Of a stretch of DNA of 64,000 nt, positions 51,601 through 64,000 are shown piece after piece. This stretch comes from Eledone cirrhosa. Its lineage: Eukaryota. The notes below the pieces were generated by a model. That model worked only from the letters and a program-made list of their open reading frames with translations, had not been told where the DNA came from and did no database searches. Location: the NCBI GenBank assembly GCA_964016885.1, contig OZ024740.1, positions 135,966,001 to 136,030,000 of the forward strand, given 5' to 3'. Every line of letters starts with the position of its first letter. The first letter of the stretch is position 1. Made by a program: the position numbers and the translations under genes.

Positions 51601-52288
51601 TTGTGTATATATATATTAAAATAACATATTAAAGTTTAAGCAAAGAATCGCTGCTTTCACCCTTAACGGGATCTTCTGAAACTAACAAAGTCAATCTGTG
51701 AACGCAGAAGTGAATATTTCAAAAAAGTTGCAACCGGAGGAAGACAGGAAGACGATACTTTGGATCGTGGAAACGTTCCGTGGCAAAGAACGGGAAAACA
51801 CGAATATAATACGTCATTATTTGGAGCGGTGAAAAACAATTACACGCAAAGACAAAACCACGTTTATGGTATAAAAGAAGTCGTAGACTAATATTCTATT
51901 AGGTGGTTCATAGAGATGTTCTCTGGCAATGAACGGAAAAAACGAAGATAATACGTCATATGTGGAGCGGGGAGAACAATTGCACGCAAAGACAAAACCA
52001 CGTAAATGGTATAACTGAAGTCGTAGACTAAAATTCTAACTAGGAAACCGAATGATTCTCGGCTTCAGAGTTAAGAATAAAGTAAATAAAATACAGAGGT
52101 AAATGAAATTAAATAAATACATACACGCATCCATATACGTACATACACAAGCATACGCGAAAACACTCGCCATAGGTATACAAATACACGCACGTACACG
52201 AAAAAAAAAACAAAAAAACGCACGCACATACAGAACGCAACGCCTGTACCCGCACGCATACGAATGTATACACCAAATACACATAAAA

Positions 52289-52416
<128 letters not shown>

Positions 52417-52807
52417 CGTGTATACATATAATTAAATAAACGTATATAAATAAATAAATACGTATATAACAAGCGAACACACATACCTACATGTAAATAC
52501 ACTTATGTTCGGAGATGTACGTCAACCAAAACACGAAGTACACATATACACACACCCTAGATACGTACTAACCCGCATACTCACACAGACGCAAAACTCA
52601 CGTATACACATAACCAAAAGCATATGTACCAGAAATAATAATATATACGCCATAGCATATACAATCAAATATACGCACGAGAAAGTATACGTACCTTCAC
52701 AAAACATACAGGTAATATATACTTACCTATATAAATAAGTAATGGTATAAACATAACATATACTTAGCTACCACATCAAGACGTAAAATATCCACGTATA
52801 GTTTGTA

Positions 52808-54935
52808 CTATCCGTTAGGGTATAATGTGGGGCTGTAATACAGGAAAGTTTTGTGCAATTTATGTTTACAAGCCGAAATTGCCTCAGATTTTTTGTTTAA
52901 GATGAGGTCTTTGGCGTAGAGTATTTCCAGGGCCTCAGCGGCGCAGAGGTCACAAGGTCTTTTATTTCCGTTATACGATCTAGCCCTAGCTAGGACCTCC
53001 CAGTGTAACTTATATTAGGTGTGGTTGTCTTTTAGACTCCAGATATAAGCTGAAAGTGATGTCATATTCCTTCTTAAAGGGTAACGAAAAGAATGGGTAT
53101 GTATGTAAAGACGCTGCTTGAATCTATTGGCGGTTAACCCTATGTAGGCCCTACGAGATGTGAGTGTTTCAACCTTACATTTGTAGACAATGTTACTAGA
53201 GAGGCATTTCCCGGATAGGGGCAGTCAACCCGATTCCTACAATTACAGTTAGTACTAACTACAGGGTCGCACGTGTTCCTACGGCTAGGTAGTTTAGCTA
53301 AATTTGAAGCTGTGATGTTATGTGCAAGGTTAGAAGTCGTAGAGTAAGAAATTTTAATAGTATTTCTATTAAAAATTTTACTATATTTATGTGTAGGGGG
53401 ATAATGCTTCATAATAAGGGAGAGAAAGATCTTAGCTAATGGTGTGGCCACCTCCATATTATATGGTGGGTTATAGCATATAATGCGTAGGTATCTATTT
53501 CTTCTAGGTCTATTCTCGTACTCTGTATATGCTACCTTATCGACAAATCCACTCCGAGCAAGAGCTACATTGTAATATGTGGAATGGTCGTTGAAAATAT
53601 GCTCGTTAGTAGATAGACGGGAAAGCCTCAAAGAAACGTTTCTTACCAGGTTCTTGGTTATGCTGGCAGGATGGTTAGAATGCTTACTTATGTAATTTAG
53701 CTTATCATTCGGCTTTCTATACGGGTAATGCAAGCCATTCGAGAAATTGAGGGTAACGTCGAGGTAATTAACGACCGAGAGGTTGGCCGCAACCTGTATG
53801 GAGAGGTTGAAGCCTTTAAAGAAGGCTGTGAGTTCTTTTCTGAACCTGTCGCAAGCACGTGGGCCGCACTTAGTCATGGTCAAAAGACCATCATTACGGT
53901 ACAAACCACCGCCCACGTTGGGGAGTTCTTCCTTGATAGAGAAAAGAAGGAAAAGGCCGATAAGATCAGTAACCTCCGCAGAATCGCTGGCGCCCATACT
54001 CAAGTCGAATGGGGTATTATTAGATTTTTTAATCCAAATAGAGTCGTCGAAATTAATCACCGACTTACGGGCATTGAGGATAACATCACCTTCGAAATCC
54101 TTAACCACTGTGAGTGTTTTAGCGAAATTGATAGCTCTAAGGAGAAGTGGTAAAGTGATGGAGGAGTAGTAATTATTGATGTCGAATTGGATAAAACGGC
54201 AATGTTCCTTGTTGCATATGCCGTTAAACCAATCAATCACCGCGAAAGAATTGTTCCACAGTGCAGAGGGGCCAAACTTCTAATTTTAGGTATAATTCTA
54301 TCAAGAATCCTTTTACTAAGTCTACCGAAATCGGACTTCGTAGAGTTAATAAGCCGAATAGAGGGGTTGTTCGGAAAATTGGATTTGTGATCCTTCAGGG
54401 TAAAGTGGGGAGAAATAGGGTCCAGAGGTTCGGTCCGGTCCAGGATGTTGAGATCAGAGGTGATTTTAAACCCAGCATCGTTGATTTCATTAATGACGCT
54501 CCGATTAGTTTTACGGTAATCCTTAGTTACAGCATTATGTAGCAGTTGATGGTAAGTACTGCGCTCCACTTGATATAGGTTGTCAGTTTTGTCGGAATGG
54601 ACGTGCACGGCATTAGAATCCTTAATAGAGCGAATTCTATTCTTCAGGTCCTACTGGAAGGAATTGCTCCTATTCCGAAATTTGATACTCCGTATGAGTT
54701 CCAAGACATCATTTTCGAAGGGTAGCAATGCTGGGTTACTCGGAGGGTTCTTATAGGTTTTAAACCCAAATTTATCCTGTTTGTTGTCTGCTTTTCCCTG
54801 ATTATCGAAATAAAAGGCACACCAACGCAACCTTTTAATGAACACGTCTGTTTTCTGTATCAGGATTTTTAGGTATGTTTTCTTGCTTGGTTCGGGTATG
54901 CTCTTTGTAGAAATATTCAGATGTTGTTTCTGCAT
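52808..54935 (-). pseudogene. PLE RT/GIY-YIG ORF (frameshifts and stops; YRDD changed to YRND)
   Basis: KRLRWCAF, SDKTDNLY, FIQFDINNYY, MGASDSAEVTDL, GLYRNDGL, CNCRNRVDCP, IVYKC..AYIGLT..FKQRL, CDLCAAE, LNKKSE. Confidence 0.88.
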
Positions 54936-55238
54936 GATGAATTGTTCTCCCCGCTCCACATATGACGTATTATCTTCGCTTTTTCCGTTCATTGCCAGAG
55001 AACGTCTCTATGAACCACCTAATAGAATATTAGTCTCCGACTTCTTTTATACCATAAACGTGGTCTTGTCTTTGCGTGTAATTGTTTTTCACCGCTCCAA
55101 ATAATGACGTATTATATTCTTTTTTTCCCGTTCCTTGCCAGGGAACGTTTCCACGAACCAAAGTATCGTCTTCCTGTCTTCCTCCGGTTGCAACGTTTTT
55201 TGAAATATTCACTTCTGCGTTCACAGATTGACTTTGTT

Positions 55239-55289
55239 AGTTTCAGAAGATCCCGTTAAGGATGAAAGCAGCGATTCTTTGCTTAAACT
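55239..55289 (+). ncRNA. Hammerhead-like motif with CAGAAGA core (family A); also 51633-51683(-) and 58683-58733(+)
   Basis: AGTTT-CAGAAGA-T-CCC-gttaa-GG(A/G)-T-GAAA-GCA..TGC-TT-AAACT. Confidence 0.6.
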
Positions 55290-55387
55290 TTAATCTGTTA
55301 TTTTAATAAATATTTGCTCTACGGTTCTTATATATTTGATATATATTTATCCTTATCGAGCCCTCTTTGGATTTTAGTCTTCAAATT

Positions 55388-55475
<88 letters not shown>

Positions 55476-55764
55476 TGTAAGTCTGAAGAACTATTAGATA
55501 AAATATATACAGTATTTCCTCACCTAATCAGTATAAATCAACCACATAAAAAATCATTTAAACGAGGCTATAAGTTTAAAATGTACTTATAAAGAAATAA
55601 TACACAAATGATACACATTATCTTCCGCGATGTACAGCCATATAACATTTATTTAATTATTTCTTTTAGCCTGTAGAAATTAACTAGACAAATAGTTAAC
55701 TACACGGAGTTAGGTACAAAAGTTTGAAGAAAAAGGTAGAAAAAACTTAGTCCAGTCTGAGGTA

Positions 55765-55848
55765 TCTCCTGAAGAGTTCCAAGCGTCGTGGATATATCCA
55801 AGATCGGGTATATCCAAAAAGTGGAACGAAACCACCGGCTGGTCGGGA
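55765..55848 (+). ncRNA. Type-I hammerhead ribozyme with extended stem II
   Basis: TCTC-CTGAAGA-GTTCCA[TGGATATATCC..GGGTATATCCA]TGGAAC-GAAA-CCA-ccggc-TGG-TC-GGGA. Confidence 0.75.
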
Positions 55849-56698
55849 CTAGAGGAATTTTGGTAAAGCTTATGTGCATTTTTTCTTCAAATTTCTATTT
55901 CGTACCTAACTCCGTACTTCTATTTTGTACCTAACTCAGAAAAATTAAGACGTGCGACCGGATGAGTAATTGTTGATGAATGAGAGAAGAAGGAAGATAA
56001 ACAGACAGACGAATATACGTTAATACAAGAATGAAAGCAAGTAAAAATAGAGATTTAAGCATAGAAACAAATAAATAAATAAATAAGTAAATAAATAAAT
56101 AAATAAAAGGATAAATAAATAGATAGATGAGTAAATAAACAATTTACATCTATTGTTATATAAAATGGTATAATATTTGAAACGTAGAGATGAGAATAAA
56201 TAAATAAATAAATGCGTTGAAGAGACTAATAAGAGTCATATTAATGTTGTTAATGTTATTGTGAATAGTTATTGATGATTATTAAATGTGAATAGATGTT
56301 AAGTTGAAAATATTATAATATTGGATATATTTATGTGTGTATTGGATATTTTAATAAGTAAATTAACTAGTTTAAGATACATTATATGATAAGATAAAAT
56401 GATCGAGATGAGGTTTAAGTAGAGAAAAGCAAGGACAATGGTGAAAGATCGAGGTGTATAAAATAAGAATGTCAATACAAGATGTTCTGATGTTGTTCTT
56501 TGGTAATTATAATGGTGACGGTGCTGGTGATAATGTGATATCGTAGTAGATTCTAATGGTATAAAAGGGATAAGGAATAACTCGCCATCCACGTAAACCT
56601 CTTGTTGAGTCACACAACGCCGTACGCTTAAACTATCCATGATAAGTAGTTTTCACAACTTCTTATCGGATTACCTTTAACGATATATTGTTATCCTC

Positions 56699-56699
<1 letters not shown>

Positions 56700-56789
<90 letters not shown>

Positions 56790-56806
56790 TATATATATAT
56801 ATATAT

Positions 56807-56887
<81 letters not shown>

Positions 56888-56951
56888 TATATATATATAT
56901 ATCATATATATATATATATCATATATATATATATATCATATATATATATAT

Positions 56952-57023
<72 letters not shown>
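56700..57023. repeat. Long (TA)n array with periodic C interruptions
   Basis: Direct. Confidence 0.9.
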
Positions 57024-57027
<4 letters not shown>

Positions 57028-58246
57028 GTTCTCTGGCTACAACCAAAATGACAGAATGAGGGTATACAAAAGAGCCACGGAGAAATATAAAACCCTCATA
57101 GAAATGGACATGAAAGGAATTCGCCCATTATACAGGAGCAAATCATGGAATAGCATAGATAGAACTAAACATAAGATAGGGAAAGCCACTTCATGGTACG
57201 ACAACCAGAGATACCAGAGTGTCATGTTCACAGATGCTACCCCTAGAGGGAAATTAGCTAACCAATGTAGAAAGGCCATAAGAAAGACCTATCTAAAGAT
57301 TAAAGTGGTAGAAAAGCCAGGAACTACCATAAAATCCCTGATCAGTCAAACATACCCCTTTAAGAAAACCCACTGTACGAATAAGAAATGTGTTATATGT
57401 AGAATGAACCCTCAAATAAATTGTAAAATTAGAAATGTAGTCTATAGCATAAGATGTACAGTGGGTACTTGCAGAAACATGAGAACGACATACATAGGTG
57501 AGACAGCTCGAAGCATTGGAGAGAGAATAGTCCAAGACTAGGGGACGTGGGGGAGGGGGGCTAAAACGACAAAAAGACGGTTCAGTACTATATGAACACG
57601 CCAGACAAAGACATGATGGTAATATAGACAACATAGAAATTAAAATAATATCTAAACATCGAAATGACTCAACAAGTAGGCAAGTCAGAGAAGCAACTGA
57701 AATAGAACTAAGAAAACCAAAGTTGAACAGAAAAAACGAATGGAATAACAACAACAATCATACTCAAACACACAATACAGACCTAAAGTAAATATAAATA
57801 AATAAATAAATACATACACAAGTACAATAACAACAAGCACACATAAACACACACTAGTGAACAAAGATAGAATACAAACGCACATAGACTCAAACACGAG
57901 CACACACACAAAACAGAAAACACACATTCAAACGCATGGGCAAACAGAATCAGAGACAAGAGTAAATAAATAAATAAAATAAAAATGGCGTAGACATTAC
58001 AATACAACAAGAGTAAGCATACTAGTACCCCTGATGATGTCACAGATGTGTGACGAAAGAACTTTGATAGAGTATATATATATATATTTATATCTGTATG
58101 TTTAACCATTGGTCAATCAATGATGAAAATTGATTGCCAGATAAATTAACTATAAAAGAGACAGAAGCGAAAACCAATCCAAACCAGTGAGTGTGTTTTA
58201 TTATTATTTCTGGCAATATTATAACAATATGACCCTCCCTAAATAT

Positions 58247-58255
<9 letters not shown>
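57023..58255 (+). mobile_element. 5'-truncated PLE (Neptune/Nematis-type, family B): thumb, GIY-YIG, 3' pLTR with hammerhead (58031-58062)
   Basis: [18 protein letters not shown], CxxxxCxx[36 protein letters not shown]; TA-flanked. Confidence 0.85.
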
Positions 58256-58286
<31 letters not shown>

Positions 58287-58345
58287 TTTAATTAAGTATA
58301 TGTGTGTATATATATATTGTGTGTATGTATGTGTATGTGTATGTC

Positions 58346-58378
<33 letters not shown>

Positions 58379-58507
58379 GTGTGTGTACATATGTGTATAT
58401 ATATGCGTGTGCGTATATACGCGTGTATGTGTGTGTGTATGCATATATATATATATATATTTATATATACTTATCTGTGTGTATGTTTGTATGTATGTCT
58501 ATACAAT

Positions 58508-58840
58508 GGTTTTGTCTTCGCGTGTAATTGTTTTCACTGCACCAAATAATGACGTATTATCTTCGTTGTTTCCGTTCTTTGCCAGGGAACGTTTCCACGA
58601 ACCAAAGTATCGTCTTCCTGTCTTCCTTCGGTTGCAACGTTTTTTGAAATATTTACTTCTGCATTCACAGATTGACTTTTTTAGTTTCAGAAGATCCCGT
58701 TAAGGGTGAAAGCAGTGATTCTTTGCTTAAACTTTAATCTGTTATTTTAATAAATATTTGCTCTACGGTTCTTATATATCTGATATATATTTATCCTTAT
58801 CGAGCCCTCTTTGGATTTTAGTCTTCAAATTTATTATTAT

Positions 58841-58842
<2 letters not shown>
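58508..58842 (+). mobile_element. Solo family-A pLTR plus tail
   Basis: Colinear with 55062-55392. Confidence 0.85.
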
Positions 58843-58927
<85 letters not shown>

Positions 58928-58929
58928 TG

Positions 58930-59100
58930 TAAAAGGTAAACAGAAATAACAACACAATCGGTACAGTATATGGAAGGTATATATTAGGTTAACGCTTGAT
59001 ATAGCAGGAAGAAATAAGATGGATTAAGGGTACGTGCGAGGTGTAATTTGAAAAAAAGTTTTTAGATAAAAATAACAGGTCCATTCATGTTGACATCTCT
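58930..59100 (-). mobile_element. Family-F pLTR lacking its hammerhead
   Basis: Reverse complement of 20338-20545 with the ~38-nt HHR deleted. Confidence 0.7.
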
Positions 59101-59197
59101 TGCAAAACTGTCGGTGCTGGGGTTTTGAGTATGATTTATTCTTTAGAAAAGTGGGTGATGGAGTGCTTCTACCTGAAATGGAAAAAAAACGTGTGTG

Positions 59198-59244
<47 letters not shown>

Positions 59245-59250
<6 letters not shown>

Positions 59251-59757
59251 ATACTTTGGGAGGGTCATGGTGCCAATAAGAAACACACGCACCAGTTGCT
59301 TTCACTTCAATTTATTATAATAAATTTATAATAAATTTATAAATTTATAAATTTCTGGTTGGTTGGCTGGTTCCACAACCAGATAGTTGTTTATATATTG
59401 TCATAGTTCTTTCGTCACACACTCTGTGACCTCTTCAGTGACTGGGGATTCCTTTCTTTGTTTCTGTGCCTCTCCTTTGTTCTGTCCTACGCCATTTTGT
59501 TTCTGTGTGTGTGTTGTGTGCTCAGTCTGCGCATGCGCCACATCCGGGTGTCTGTGTGTGTTTATGTTCATTTATTTATTTGTTTATTTACATGTTACTG
59601 GTTGGTTGTTTGTTCTATGTGTGTGTGTGTTTTCATTTTGTCCTTAATTGTAAGTTGTGATGTTGCTATTCCACTCATATTTTCTATTTAATTTTGGTTG
59701 TAATTCTTTTATGTTTATTGCCTCTGTAATTTGTCTAAACATTGCGTCTTTTCTGTG
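59245..59757 (-). mobile_element. Family-B-related PLE 3' end with intact-looking hammerhead at 59400-59442
   Basis: Minus strand encodes RKDAMFRQITEAINIKELQPKLNRKYEW; GTCA-CTGAAGA-G-GTCACA..TGTGAC-GAAA-GAAC-TA-TGAC. Confidence 0.8.
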
Positions 59758-59799
59758 TGTAGATTCTACACATAGAATCTACACACAGATCATAAACCT

Positions 59800-59952
59800 T
59801 TATGATCTGAGTTCAAATCCCGCCGAGGTTAACTTTGCATTTCATCCTTACGGGGTCGATAAAATAAAGCACCAGTCATGCACTGGGGTCGATTTAATCT
59901 ACTTTACCCTCCCCCCAAAATTGCTGGCCTTGTGCCTATATAAGAAACCATT
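59800..59952 (+). mobile_element. SINE family S1 (5'-truncated)
   Basis: GAGTTCAAATCCCGCCGAGGTTAACTTTGCATTTCATCCTTACGGGGTCGATAAAAT. Confidence 0.8.
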
Positions 59953-60799
59953 TTTATTCTTATGTTAAGAGTGCACATACTCTAAAATGTTTTTTGTGGC
60001 TCTAAAATAAAGTTGATTTATTTATAAACATGTTTTTTCTTTATTTTATGGATAGTATTTTGCGCAGAATAGGAGTACCCCCCATGGGATCACTTTCATA
60101 GAATAGTAATTTGTGGAAACACAGAGTGTGTAACAAAATTGTTTACTAAGTCGTATTCCATATTTCTTTTTAAAACTCCGTGGAATCGACTTTATCTTTC
60201 ATCTTTATGCGATAAAATGAACACCAGTCAATTATTTGGCAATTAAATCGACTATATCTACCCTTAAAATGTGTGGCAATCTGCCAATGTTATAAATCAT
60301 TATTAGTATTATTGAATTTTCCTACAAGAGATGCATATATCGGAGTTCCATCGATTTTGTGTCTGTATTATTTTCGCATAACTTATGGTTGCGAGGCCAA
60401 GAACTTCACTTCAAAACTATATGGTTTAGAGATTGACCACACTAAACAGCGTCTTGTGCCAGAGATTTCTTCTATATTTTCAGTCTACCGAATGCCTTAT
60501 GAGTGCAATTTGGAAGACGTTGAAGTGACTATTCTTGTTCTTGGACACTAAACTTAATTTGTTACCCATTTTAACAACACTAACTTGTCCCTGGGGACCT
60601 TTAACTGAGTTACTTTTTTTGCAAGCATTTAAGCTAAGTCTTCTATCTGAAGATAACCTCCTCCGTGTTTCCCAATAATCTCGGAAGCAATGAAAAGGGT
60701 CATATGAGCTACACTTCGAAACGAGCCACTACGAACGCATATTAAACCAAATTAAAAGGTGGTCAAATACGTGCGAAGCCCTCATCCAATCCAGGTGGA

Positions 60800-61615
60800 A
60801 CCTTTTAGTTAAGTATTTACCTACATGTTTGAGTAATGTGCTTCTCAGCCTTTCTTGTCTACCTCCACCCAATTCAGCTTTTTCGGGTATTGACTATGTA
60901 GGACTTTTTTTTACCATCGTTTCATCATGGCGCTCTGCTGCTCTACTTTTAGATTATTCTATTAACTTTACACAACTTCTTCAGACTTCTTTTCATTTCA
61001 TCCTCTTTGTTCTATTTGTTGGCTTTTTGAAGACAGAATTTCTTCTTTTATTTAGTTTACGTTACGTAGCTCTTGGTATTAGTTCTCCTTAATTATGTAC
61101 TAAGTATTTTGTAGTCGTACAGTAAATAATAAAAAAAATTGTTTTCTAGTTACATAAAACCCTTATCTCTCTGTGTTCGCGATAAGTATAATCTTTCTTT
61201 ATCAGATTTTGGGTGGGGTATTCTAAATGTAGTCATTACTTTTCTTCTTTTCCTGTTGTCCTGCTAATTTGTTTATCATCCAATTAAGTATATTATCTCT
61301 GTAACTCCTTACTAAGACAACCTGAGTATTGACATTTGTTATATTATTTTTTGCATTTAGCTATTTTAAGTATTAATCTAATACATCTATTCTACTTCCC
61401 TAATCTTTTCTTTCATTTGTGTGTGTTGTAGACAGTTCATTGTTTCATAAGTATTTGTATGACTGTTTGGTCTAATTCTAGTATCCCAGTTTCTTTGTCT
61501 TGTATGACTATAACGTTTTTAATCAGTTTTTCTCAGTTCAAAGATGCATTTTTCTAATCTGTATCTCATATCAATTTTTTCTGGGGTGTCTAATTGTTTG
61601 TTATCTGTCGCATGC
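60800..61615 (-). pseudogene. Highly decayed R4/Dong-like RT remnant
   Basis: Minus-strand traces IDMRYRLEKC and YKYL correspond to IGMEFGQDKC and YRYLG. Confidence 0.35.
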
Positions 61616-61639
61616 AACTAGAAGTTATTATACTTGACA

Positions 61640-62075
61640 GATTCGTTAGTATCGGACAATATTTGTAATGTTTGTTCTGACTCTATGTTCTCAGTCCAAA
61701 TCTTACCGAGGTCAACTTTGCCTTTATTCTTCCGGTGTCGATAAAATAAGGTATCGGTTAAAAACTGGAGGTCGACATAATCAAGTTTCCCTTTCTTCAA
61801 GTTAATGGCCTTATTCCTAAATTAGAATTCATTATTATCATCATCATTAGGGCAGTGGATCGGTAGTATCGGTAGAGGATCGGGCACCATGCTTTGCAGA
61901 ATAGAGTTATGGTCCTTTACGGTCTGAGTTAAAATCCCGCCGAGATTAACTTTGCTTTTCATCCTTACGGGGTCGATAAAATAAAGCACCAGTAACGTAC
62001 TCGGGTCGATTTAATCCCCCCCCCCCCAATAAAATCTCTGGCCTTGTGCCTATACTAGAAATCATTATTATCATC
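61640..62075 (+). mobile_element. Two tandem S1 SINEs (61640-61833, 61850-62070)
   Basis: Both carry the S1 core and a TTAGAA..CATTATTAT tail. Confidence 0.8.
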
Positions 62076-63642
62076 AACATTATCATCATTATTTGTATGA
62101 ATTGACACTATCGATCCAGTGTCGGACTAAATTCTTTGTTGTATTTAGTTACGTCTTTTTACATTCCGCTTTCAAACCCCGTTTGATCCTAACATTCTCC
62201 CACAGTCGCTAAATCAGTAATCCTATGTATTTGAGTCGATTTAATCGATTATATCGCTTCCCCCAATAGATGTGTGTGCTTTAATTTTTTTTTATTATTG
62301 ATTAGTTCTGAGTGAGTCATTAAATAAAGAAGTCCAAACACAGAAATTGAATGTCACCGAAATCCCACAAGATCAAGAGCAGCATTCATGACGTTTTTCA
62401 AGACCCACAAGACTAGGGGTCCTGTGGGTGACGGAAGATCTCGATATCCTCAAACTGGCGGATTCCGGTTGATTCCGCTAAAAACAGACAAGGACCGAGT
62501 AGTAGTGTTTACTGAATAATGGGTTACGTCTATCACATAAAGAAAAGAAAGAAAGACAGAAAGAAAGAAAGAAGCAGGTGTGGCTATGTGGTTAAGGTAT
62601 GTGCCTCGAAACCGCGTCGTTTGGGGTTCGGTTCCAGAGCAGGTGGGTTCTACTATAGCTTCAGATTGAGTAATGCCTAGACAGAAACTGCAAAAGCTAG
62701 TCATATAAATATATGGGGAGGGGAGGAATGTGTGTTTATACTTGTGTCGGTGTCTTTGTTTATAACCCATAAATTAGAGTTTCGATAAAAAAGAGATTGA
62801 TAAAATAAATACCAGACTTGAAAGAAATAATAAGTCGATATGACTGATACAATTAAGGCGGTGCCCCAACATCACCGGAGAAAAATAGTAAAAAAAAAAA
62901 AAGATGAAAAGAAATTCATATTTCTTTGTTTTTTATTTTATATTCAAGCTGTCTACCATTTATTTGAACTACATCATTCAGCTGTATCCTAATAACTAAT
63001 ATTCTATAATTTTAATTACTAATTAATTATTTCTTAATAATGCTTTTCTCATCGAATTTTCCCGGTTAATTTCTATCTAATTGTCTGGTGTAATAGTATA
63101 TGTGAGTTTGTTTTTATCTTGAAATGAAGCGTAATAGTATTTGTCTGAGCCTCTCTCTCTCTCTCTCTCTCCCTGTGTGTGAGTATGTATGCGTGTGCGT
63201 GTGAAAACAAATACTTTTTTTTATTCTGATTAAAACGTTGGAGGTTGCAGTTGCTATTATTCAAATCTTATGATCGATTATGACAAAATTACACATACTA
63301 AGTCAAAAATAAATATTCTGAAACTGATATTAAACAGAATACACAAATGATTTAATTATAAATAAGCCTAAGTCAACTTAACTCAACATTTCTGATTGTA
63401 TTCAATATTTTAAAGAGAAAATATAGTTGTCGCTCCAAGAGCAAGTCTGACCTATTGCAAATTGATTTCAGCGAATTTATTATAATCTGTTTTAATGAAA
63501 TCATTAGTCAGTAAATATTGGTTTCAAAATATAAATTTTTGATGTGATATGTCTATATTTTTGCTTAATCAACCATAACTTTCGTCGTTTAACTGCAACC
63601 TGAACCAAATTTTGAGCAGTTTAACATAAATATTAAATAGAA

Positions 63643-63792
63643 GGCGGCGTATTGGCAGAGTCGTTAGAACGTCGGATAGAACACTTTGTGGTATTCCTTC
63701 CGGCTCTCTGAGTTCAAAATCTCACCGAAGTCAATTTTACTTTTCATTCTTTCGGAGTCGATAAAAAAGAGTACCAGTCTAGTACTGGGTTT
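63643..63792 (+). mobile_element. SINE family S1
   Basis: GGCGGCGTATTGGCAGAGTCGTTAGAACG head, GAGTTCAAA, core. Confidence 0.75.
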
Positions 63793-63839
63793 GATTCTTC
63801 CTCTATATCTCTTTCTCTATCTTTCTTTGGAAGAAACTT

Positions 63840-63941
63840 GTACTCAGGCCTGGAGAGGAATGGGCTCCGCCAGGCTTAAAATGCCCAAGAAACGCCGTAT
63901 GTCAATACGGCGCCCCAACGACTCTATCAGGAGTTACGGGA
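63840..63941 (-). repeat. ~100-bp structured dispersed repeat (second copy 42259-42361, +)
   Basis: Shared CCCGTAACTC...GGGGC...TGACATA.GGCG...TTTTAA..CTGGCGGAGCCCAT..CTCCAGGCC. Confidence 0.65.
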
Positions 63942-64000
63942 TCCCCCCTCCCCCCACACACATATATTATATGCAGGGAGAGTGTAGACGCAGTCTTGTG

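Noticed and set aside
53728-54542. Plus-strand ORFs of 93-141 aa
   Set aside because: Antisense shadows of the PLE RT ORF; likewise the antisense ORFs over the Tx1 and Dong elements.

Overview
AT-rich, microsatellite-dense eukaryotic DNA made almost entirely of repeats. The SINE families and the TA/TACA/CA load resemble an octopus (cephalopod) genome, which is an inference. No confidently identifiable host gene is present; there is only one weak multi-exon candidate at 41.6-42.8 kb. Main contents: (1) a near full-length R4/Dong-clade REL-endonuclease LINE (24870-28949, minus) plus fragments and an internally deleted derivative, all abutting (TACA)n arrays; (2) two tandem Tx1/L1-clade LINE copies ending in (TATC)n, one lacking the whole RT core; (3) three ORF-bearing Penelope-like elements (PLEs) and many ORF-less PLE derivatives with inverted pseudo-LTRs in (TA)n arrays; (4) at least 7 families of type-I hammerhead ribozyme (HHR) motifs, two with non-canonical cores repeated in every copy (UUGAAAA, a U3-A8 compensatory swap, and CAGAAGA); (5) short (TATG)n-tailed RTE-like non-autonomous elements, many tRNA-derived SINEs, a Helitron, and Tc1- and hAT-type MITEs. 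The most interesting signals are the ribozyme-bearing PLE set (variant cores, a 2-kb ORF-less monomer, a shared tail motif) and an apparent partitioning of microsatellite motifs among retroelement clades. Coordinates were read by eye and ends are approximate.
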